Part shown: positions 26,444 through 31,999 of the stretch, one piece after another
How positions within the stretch are numbered: position 1 is the first letter of the stretch
Layout of the letters: every line of letters starts with the position of its first letter
NCBI GenBank assembly: GCA_964593795.1
Contig: CAZQJC010000017.1
Location: forward strand, 81,389-113,387
Length of the DNA: 31,999 nt
Source: an uncultured Myxococcales bacterium
GTDB lineage: Bacteria > Myxococcota_A > Polyangia > JAHFDS01
Direction of reading: 5' to 3'
Made by a program: the position numbers and the translations under genes
The notes under the pieces: model-generated
What the model was told of the DNA's origin: nothing
What the model saw: only the letters and a program-made list of their open reading frames with translations
The model's database searches: none

Positions 26444-27798
26444 CACACGGCCTCCAGCATCATCATGGCCGGATCGGCGAGCAGCCGCACGACCTCCTGG
26501 AGGAAGAGGGCGCCCTCGTAGCCGTCGACCACGCGATGATCGATCGAGACGGACAGGTTCATGAGGTCCTTCGGGACCACGTTGCCCGCGTCGTCATACG
26601 TGGGCGTGCGCTTGATCTTGTGCACGCCCATGATCGCGACCTCCGGATAGTTGATGATCGGGGTCGCGAGCACGCCGCCGAGGACACCGAGCGACGAGAT
26701 CGTGAACGTCGAGCCGGTCACCTCCTCGCGCTTGGCCTTGCCCGCGCGAGCGGCGGCCGAGACGCGATCGATCTCCCTGGCGATCTCGAAGATCGAGAGC
26801 CGATCGGCGTGGCGCACCACCGGGACCATGAGGCCCTGCTCGGTCGCAGCCGCCACGCCCACGTGGTAGTAGCGCTTCCAGACGATCTCGCCCGCCGCGT
26901 CGTCGAGCGTCGCGTTCATCATCGGGTACTTCTTGAGGCCGGCCACGACCGCCTTGACGATGAACGGCAGGTAGCTCAGCTTGACGCCCTGCGCCTCGGC
27001 GGCCTTCGCGGCACGCTTTCGGAGCGCGACCAGCTCGGTCATGTCGCACTCCTCGACGTAGGTGAAGTGCGCGGCGCGCTGCTTCGAGAGCGCCATGTTC
27101 TGCGCGATCGCGCGGCGCAGGCCGCGGAGCGCGGTGCGCTCCTCGGGCTCGTCGGGGCCCGCGGGCGCGCGCGGTGCGGGCGCGGGAGGCGGCTGCCAGC
27201 CGGCGGCGGGGGCGATCATCGGCCCCGAGCCTGCGGCGCCTCCACCCCCGCGCACGTCCTCGACGGTCACGCGGCCGCGCGGGCCCGTCGGCCGCACGCC
27301 GCGAAGGTCGACGCCGAGGTCTCGCGCGAGCTTTCGCACCGCGGGCGTCGCGAGCACCTCGCGCGCGGAGGCGACCATCGGCGCCGCCGACGGCGCCGGC
27401 GCGGGCGCGGGACGCGCGGGTGCGGTGACGAGCGGCGGGATGGGCGCCGCCATCGGCGCGGCCGCGTGCGCGTGCCCCGCGCTGCCGTTGCCGCTGCCGT
27501 TGCCGTGGCTCGGGGGTGCGGCCCGGGGCGCCTCCACGGGCGCCGCCTGGGCGGCCTCGCCCACGACGGCGAGGCTGATCATGACCTGGCCGACCTTGCA
27601 GATCTTGCCCTCGGCGACGTGGAGCTTCTCCACGCGTCCCGCCTTGGGCGTCGGGATCTCCACGGTGGCCTTGTCGGTCATGACCTCGACCATCGGCTGG
27701 TCCTCGCGGAGGACGTCGCCCTCCTTGACCAGCCACTTGACGATCTCGCCCTCGACCACGCCCTCGCCGATGTCGGGAAGCCTGAACTCGAAGCTCAT
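26443..27798 (-). CDS. Dihydrolipoamide acyltransferase (E2) with one lipoyl domain, PSBD and catalytic domain
   Basis: MSFEFRLPDIGEGVVEGEIVKWLVKEGDVLREDQPMVEVMTDKATVEIP (lipoyl-Lys motif TDKA), PAVRKLARDLGVDL (E3-binding domain), DHRVVDG catalytic His. Start at the ATG at 27798 rather than the track start. Confidence 0.85.
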   Translation of the reverse strand: MSFEFRLPDIGEGVVEGEIVKWLVKEGDVLREDQPMVEVMTDKATVEIPTPKAGRVEKLHVAEGKICKVGQVMISLAVVGEAAQAAPVEAPRAAPPSHGNGSGNGSAGHAHAAAPMAAPIPPLVTAPARPAPAPAPSAAPMVASAREVLATPAVRKLARDLGVDLRGVRPTGPRGRVTVEDVRGGGGAAGSGPMIAPAAGWQPPPAPAPRAPAGPDEPEERTALRGLRRAIAQNMALSKQRAAHFTYVEECDMTELVALRKRAAKAAEAQGVKLSYLPFIVKAVVAGLKKYPMMNATLDDAAGEIVWKRYYHVGVAAATEQGLMVPVVRHADRLSIFEIAREIDRVSAAARAGKAKREEVTGSTFTISSLGVLGGVLATPIINYPEVAIMGVHKIKRTPTYDDAGNVVPKDLMNLSVSIDHRVVDGYEGALFLQEVVRLLADPAMMMLEAV

Positions 27799-27799
27799 C

Positions 27800-28774
27800 T
27801 CAGAACTCCATCGCGCGCTTGACGGCCTCGAGGACGCGCGGCGCATCAGGAAGGTACTCGTGCTCGAGCGTGTACGGGAACGGCGTGTCGAAGCCCGTCA
27901 CGCGCAGGATCGGCCCCTCGAGGTGCAGCATCGCGCGCTCCTGGATGGTCGCGATGAGCTCGGCCCCGTAGCCGCAGGTGCGCGGCGCCTCGTGGACCAC
28001 CACGGCGCGCCCGGTCTTCTTGACGCTCGTGATGATGATGTCGACGTCGAGCGGCACGAGCGTGCGCGGATCGATCACCTCCATCTCGATGCCCGCCGCC
28101 GCGGCCGGCTCGACCGCCTCGAGCACCGTGTGCAGCATCGCGCCGTACGCGATCACGGTGACGTGGCGGCCCTCGCGCACGACGCGCCCCTGACCGAGCG
28201 GGATCGTGTACTCGCCCTCGGGCACGTCCGCGCGCGCTGCGCGATACACGCGCTTGGGCTCCATGAAGATGATCGGATCGTCCTCGCGGATGGCCGAGAG
28301 CAAGAGGCCCTTGGCCTCGTACGGGTCCGCGGGGATGACGACCTTGAGGCCCGGCGTGTGGCAGAAGTACGCCTCGGGCGACTGCGAGTGGTAGTGCCCG
28401 CCGCGGATGCCGCCGCCGTAGGGCGTCCGGATCACCATCGGCGCCGAGTACTGCCCGCCCGAGCGATACCGGAACTTCGCCAGCTCGTTCACGATCTGGT
28501 CGTACGCGGGGTAGATGAAGTCGGCGAACTGGATCTCCGGCACCGGCCGCAGGCCATAGAGCGCCATGCCGATCGCGGCGCCGATGATGCCGGCCTCCGC
28601 GAGCGGCGTGTCGATCACGCGCTCTCCGCCGAACTCGTCGAAGAGGCCGCTCGTCGCGCGGAAGACTCCACCGAACTTGCCGACGTCCTCGCCGAGCACG
28701 ACGACGCGGTCGTCGCGACGCATCTCGAGCTTGAGCGCATCGTTGACGGCCTGGATGATGTTCATTTGGGGCAT
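27800..28774 (-). CDS. 2-oxo acid dehydrogenase E1 component beta subunit
   Basis: MPQMNIIQAVNDAL...VVLGEDVGKFGGVFRATSGL...RVIDTPLAEAGIIGAAIGMALYGLRPVPEIQFADF. Strong SD AAGGAG 6 nt upstream of the ATG. Its stop lies 1 nt before the E2 start. Confidence 0.85.
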   Translation of the reverse strand: MPQMNIIQAVNDALKLEMRRDDRVVVLGEDVGKFGGVFRATSGLFDEFGGERVIDTPLAEAGIIGAAIGMALYGLRPVPEIQFADFIYPAYDQIVNELAKFRYRSGGQYSAPMVIRTPYGGGIRGGHYHSQSPEAYFCHTPGLKVVIPADPYEAKGLLLSAIREDDPIIFMEPKRVYRAARADVPEGEYTIPLGQGRVVREGRHVTVIAYGAMLHTVLEAVEPAAAAGIEMEVIDPRTLVPLDVDIIITSVKKTGRAVVVHEAPRTCGYGAELIATIQERAMLHLEGPILRVTGFDTPFPYTLEHEYLPDAPRVLEAVKRAMEF

Positions 28775-28815
28775 TTCTGGCTCCTTGGCGCGTTCCGACG
28801 GCGGCTAGTGCCTCG

Positions 28816-28995
28816 ACCGAGGCGTGGTGATTCGCGCCGGCGCGTTCGAGCCGAGCGCAGCGAGGCGCAAGGGCGTAGCGAGCGCGCGAGCGAAGACGCA
28901 GGGAAGGGGGCCCAGTCGGGCTGTGCCCGACTGGGGGAGGGGCAGTCGTGCCCCTCCTGGTGACGGCCTTCCGAGGCCGTCACACGCAACACCTA
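28816..28995. repeat. Copy B of multi-hairpin repeat element (shared with 4247..4383), flanked by CTAG on both sides
   Basis: Three hairpins: GTGACGGCC-ttccga-GGCCGTCAC, AGGGGCA-gtcg-TGCCCCT, CCCAGTCGGGC-tgt-GCCCGACTGGG. A core of ~60 bp is near-identical to copy A (gcgcaagggcgtagcga...gaagacgcaggg). It lies between the stop of the PHM-like gene and the E1beta RBS. Confidence 0.6.
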
Positions 28996-30054
28996 GTGCT
29001 CGCGCGCGATGCCGTCGGGATCGGTGGACATGAGGATGCACCCCTGTCCGCCCACGCGATCCGCCGGATCGTTGACGTACCAGACGCCGCCGAGGATGCA
29101 CATCTCGTCGCTCGCGAGGAAGCCGAACGAGAGCGCGTGGTCCGTCGTGTTGTTGTAGCTGCACTGGAACCGGAAGCCCGTGCCCGCCTTCATCAGCACC
29201 GGTGAGTCGAACGAGTAGTCGGTGGTCTCGTAGTCGGGCGACGCGAAGATCATCTGCCCGTCCTTCTCGCCACCCGTGTACCAGACCTTGAAGTCGGTGC
29301 CCCACTGGTGCGTGTGCCGGACGATCTTCTGCACGATGAGGTCGTGATCGAAGCGGCACTCGCCGAGGAAGTCCTTCTGCTGGCCCGCGGGCGTGTTGAT
29401 CGTGTAGTTGACGAAGGCGAAGACGCGGGCCTTCTTCTGCACCTTCGAGGCGTCGATCGTGTGGAAGTTGATCGCCGCGCGGGCGCGCACGCGCGACGCG
29501 GTGGCGTTGAGCATGTGCAGGTCGAAGACGATGTACTGGCCGCCGTGGTACTCGCGGCCGACGCCCTCGGGGTACTTCTCGTCGTAGTACTTGTGCTGGA
29601 TGCCGATGACCGGCTGCTGGTTCTCGCCGAACGCCTGCGCCCCGAAGGGCGAGCACGACACCACGTCGCCCTCGTGCATGGAGGCCTCGGTCGCCGAGCC
29701 CGGATCGATGGCCGTCACGATGAGGTGGTGGCTGCCGGGCGTGAGGCCGAGCTCGAAGCGGTTGACGTAGTAGGTGTCGCTGGGGCTGCCCGGGAGCTTG
29801 GCGACCTCGCAGTACTCGCGGTCGTCGCCGGGCTCGATGTTCGTGCCCGACGAGCGGATCTGGAAGCCCTGCGCGGGCAGCGGCAGGCACGGCGGGTCGT
29901 CGCACTCCGCGCTCCCGCCGACGCCGGCGTCGGGCGTGGCGGCTCCACCCTGGCCCGCAGCACCGGAACCGGCGGTGCCGCCCGCGGCCCCCTTGTTCCC
30001 ATCGGAGCCGCAGGCCACGAACACGAGCAGAGCGAAGGGAAGGAGGCGACGCAT
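28993..30054 (-). CDS. Lipoprotein with copper type II ascorbate-dependent monooxygenase-like (PHM/DBH) fold
   Basis: MRRLLPFALLVFVACGS lipobox. Candidate Cu ligands spaced as in PHM: HH (GSHHLIV), H ~61-71 aa later (YHGG/LHML), HxH (RHTHQWG) ~78 aa later, Met in DEMC exactly 72 aa after HTH. Confidence 0.5.
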   Translation of the reverse strand: MRRLLPFALLVFVACGSDGNKGAAGGTAGSGAAGQGGAATPDAGVGGSAECDDPPCLPLPAQGFQIRSSGTNIEPGDDREYCEVAKLPGSPSDTYYVNRFELGLTPGSHHLIVTAIDPGSATEASMHEGDVVSCSPFGAQAFGENQQPVIGIQHKYYDEKYPEGVGREYHGGQYIVFDLHMLNATASRVRARAAINFHTIDASKVQKKARVFAFVNYTINTPAGQQKDFLGECRFDHDLIVQKIVRHTHQWGTDFKVWYTGGEKDGQMIFASPDYETTDYSFDSPVLMKAGTGFRFQCSYNNTTDHALSFGFLASDEMCILGGVWYVNDPADRVGGQGCILMSTDPDGIAREH

Positions 30055-30154
30055 GGCGCATCGTACCCGATCGGCTATCCTCCGCGTCCCGCCATTCGGC
30101 GGGCCGACAACGCCACGCGCCCCGCCGTCGGCGGGCGCACCCAGGGAGGACCCA

Positions 30155-30663
30155 TGACGACCTTCGACACGCTCCGGCTCTTCTCCAAGATGCTGCGCAA
30201 CCTCGACCAGTGGCTCGGCAAGGCCGAGGCCCACGCCAAGGCCAGGGGCTTCGACGCCAACGTGCTGGTCGGTCAGCGCCTCGCGCCCGACATGTACGAG
30301 CTCGCCAAGCAGGTGCAGTCGACCTGCGACACGGCGAAGTTCGCGGCGGCGTACCTGTCCGGCAAGGCGCCGCCCGTGCACCCCGACAACGAGAAGACGA
30401 TCGCGGAGCTGCACGAGCGGATCGGCAAGGCGCTCGCGTTCGTCGAGACGGTGAGCGAGGCGGACCTCGCGGGCGCCGCGGACCGCAAGGTCTCGCCGGC
30501 GTGGCTCAAGGGCGCGTGGCTCAAGGGCGACGACTACCTCGCGCAGGTCGCCGTGCCGAACTTCTTCTTCCACGTCACGACCGCGTACGCGATCCTGCGC
30601 CACAACGGCGTCGACGTCGGCAAGATGGACTACATGGGCAACCTGCCCATCCAGACCGGCTGA
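30155..30663 (+). CDS. DUF1993 family protein
   Basis: MTTFDTLRLFSKMLRNLDQWLGKAEAHA ... VPNFFFHVTTAYAILRHNGVDVGKMDYMG, characteristic of DUF1993. SD GGGAGG upstream. The long track ORF 29308..30663 is an artefactual 5' extension. Confidence 0.7.
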
Positions 30664-30710
30664 GCGCGCGCCCACGCGCTCCGCGCGGCCGGCCGGCGTC
30701 GTGGGGCCGC

Positions 30711-31202
30711 CTATCTCTTCGCGAGCTCGGCCTCGATGTCCGGGGCGAGGTCGGCCGGCTCGTCGCGCGGGCCGAAGCGCTTCTTCACCTGCCCCGTGCG
30801 GTCCACCAGGAACTTCGTGAAGTTCCACTTGATCGACTTGCTGCCCAGGATGCCGGGCGCCTCGGCCTCGAGGTGCTTGAAGAGGGGGTGTGCGCCCGAG
30901 CCGTTGACGTCGATCTTCGCGAACATCGGGAACGACACGCCGAAGTTGAGCTCGCAGAACTTCGCGATCTCCGCCTCGCCGCCCGGCTCCTGCGCCCCGA
31001 ACTGGTTGCACGGGAAGCCGAGCACCTCGAGGCCCTGGTCCTTGTACTTCTTGTAGAGCGCCTCGAGCCCCTTGTACTGCGGCGTGTAGCCGCACTGGCT
31101 CGCCGTGTTCACGATGAGCAGCACCTTGCCGCGATACACCTCGAGCGAGGCGTCCTCGCCGCGAATGGTGCGGGCCGAGAACTCGTACACCGGCTTCGTC
31201 AT
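30711..31202 (-). CDS. gpx: Glutathione peroxidase
   Basis: ATG at 31202..31200. VLLIVNTASQCGYTPQYKGLEALYKKY, GFPCNQFGAQEPG, KWNFTKFLVDRTG, the canonical GPx motifs with catalytic Cys. Confidence 0.85.
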   Translation of the reverse strand: MTKPVYEFSARTIRGEDASLEVYRGKVLLIVNTASQCGYTPQYKGLEALYKKYKDQGLEVLGFPCNQFGAQEPGGEAEIAKFCELNFGVSFPMFAKIDVNGSGAHPLFKHLEAEAPGILGSKSIKWNFTKFLVDRTGQVKKRFGPRDEPADLAPDIEAELAKR

Positions 31203-31243
31203 GCGCGGAGCATAGCAGCGCGGTTGCGCCGTACCATCGTGGG

Positions 31244-31543
31244 ATGGCGCTCGATACGCCGGCGCTGCGCGCCGCGCTCGAGGCTCGCCTCGCCGACCAG
31301 AGCGCCGACGTGCGCGACGAGGCGCTCGTCGGCCTGGCGCAGCGCGGGGACGTGCGCATGCGTGGCCGCATTCGCGCCGAGCTCGCGCGGGACAGCGTCG
31401 GAATCCTCGCGGTCGAGGCCGCCCAGGCCCTCGGCGACCGGTCGCTCCTGCCCGACCTGATCGCGCTGCGCGACCGCGAGGGCGAGTGCGATGAGCACTT
31501 CCGCAGCGTGCTCGACGACGCCATCGCCGCGCTCGGCGGTTGA
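31244..31543 (+). CDS. Small HEAT/PBS-lyase-like repeat protein
   Basis: 99 aa. DVRDEALVGLAQRGDV ... RDSVGILAVEAAQALGD resembles HEAT-like repeats. Divergent from gpx with only 41 bp between starts. Confidence 0.4.
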   Translation: MALDTPALRAALEARLADQSADVRDEALVGLAQRGDVRMRGRIRAELARDSVGILAVEAAQALGDRSLLPDLIALRDREGECDEHFRSVLDDAIAALGG

Positions 31544-31635
31544 GAGGGTTGATCGAAACAGGCGCAGTGCTGCGAGACGGGTACGGAGACCGTGACGGGA
31601 CCGGTTCCGGTTCCGGTTCCGCCTCGGTGCCGGTG

Positions 31636-31760
31636 ACCGGCATCCGGGATCGGTCGCCTGCGTCCGGGATCGGTCGCCGGTTCCCGGCATCCGGGATCGG
31701 TCGCCGGTGCCCGGCATCCGGGATCGGTCGTCGTGACCGGGATCGGGCGACCGGGCCCGG
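31636..31760. repeat. Degenerate tandem repeat (unit ~21-27 bp, core TCCGGGATCGGTCGCC x5), preceded by (GGTTCC)x3
   Basis: catccgggatcggtcgcc at 31641, 31688 and 31715 (last copy degenerate, ggtcgTcg). A variant starting cgtccgggatcggtcgcc at 31661. A degenerate copy at ~31736. Intergenic between the HEAT gene and the downstream minus-strand gene. Confidence 0.55.
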
Positions 31761-31790
31761 GGACACCGAGCCCGGTCACCGCCGGTGAGC

Positions 31791-31999
31791 TACCGCCGTG
31801 GGTTGACCAGGCACCAGAGAAGGGCCGCGAGACGATCGAGGCCGGGCTCGGCCGCGGCGACGAGGTCGGCGTCGACGTACTGCCAGACGTGCGCGAGCCT
31901 GACGGCGCTGCGGACTTCGGCCGCGCTCCCTTGCGCGATGCGGTAGGCGTGAGCGCGGTCCTTGCCGGTGCGACAGGCCCCCTCGGCGAGGTTGAGCGG
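31791..31999 (-). CDS. Four-helix-bundle protein (TIGR02436 / 23S rRNA IVS protein-like), C-terminal part; start beyond window
   Basis: Reverse-strand translation ...LNLAEGACRTGKDRAHAYRIAQGSAAEVRSAVRLAHVWQYVDADLVAAAEPGLDRLAALLWCLV, ending at TAG 31793..31791. Family-typical EG...R......Y.IA.GS..E motif. Confidence 0.6.

Noticed and set aside
28993-31779. 928-aa minus-strand ORF.
   Set aside because: Chimeric read-through. The real gene is the 353-aa PHM-like lipoprotein (28993..30054). The upstream part is antisense to DUF1993 and runs through gpx in a different frame.
31540-31788. 82-aa ORF with RRxPASGIG peptide repeats, and the corresponding minus-strand RRPIPDAG repeats.
   Set aside because: Product of translating a DNA tandem repeat. 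No start context. Treated as non-coding repeat.

Overview
High-GC (~70%+) chromosomal segment, probably from a myxobacterium (two predicted proteins end in MYXO-CTERM-type sorting tails; many lipoproteins). The dense coding on both strands is mostly ordinary core metabolism and envelope functions. Most of the long six-frame ORFs are GC-driven artefacts that overlap real genes on the opposite strand. About 30 genes are supported, including: a LivK-family binding protein (partial), a secreted beta-helix MYXO-CTERM protein, a Cof-type HAD hydrolase, a tandem PilZ protein, a KamA-family radical-SAM aminomutase divergent from ettA (ABC-F), several lipoproteins, a NodU/CmcH-type carbamoyltransferase, an MFS transporter, a DUF5916 protein, a crotonase translationally coupled to a beta-barrel-like protein with an internal duplication, a metzincin with MYXO-CTERM, a membrane GT2 processive glycosyltransferase, an ABC-2 exporter pair, lipB, a complete 2-oxo-acid dehydrogenase operon in the unusual order E1beta-E2-E1alpha-E3, a PHM/DBH-like copper monooxygenase lipoprotein, DUF1993, glutathione peroxidase, a HEAT-like protein and a partial four-helix-bundle protein. 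No rRNA, tRNA or CRISPR was detected. The most unusual non-coding content: (i) a ~140-180 bp multi-hairpin repeat element present in two copies with compensatory stem changes; (ii) a ~200 bp MITE-like element with perfect 17-bp terminal inverted repeats. All three element copies start exactly at the TAG stop codon (CTAG) of a minus-strand gene. There is also a palindromic operator overlapping a sigma70-like promoter and a degenerate tandem repeat near the 3' end. I found no single obviously novel multi-gene system. The best candidates are the repeat-element families and the protease/partner and crotonase/barrel gene pairs.
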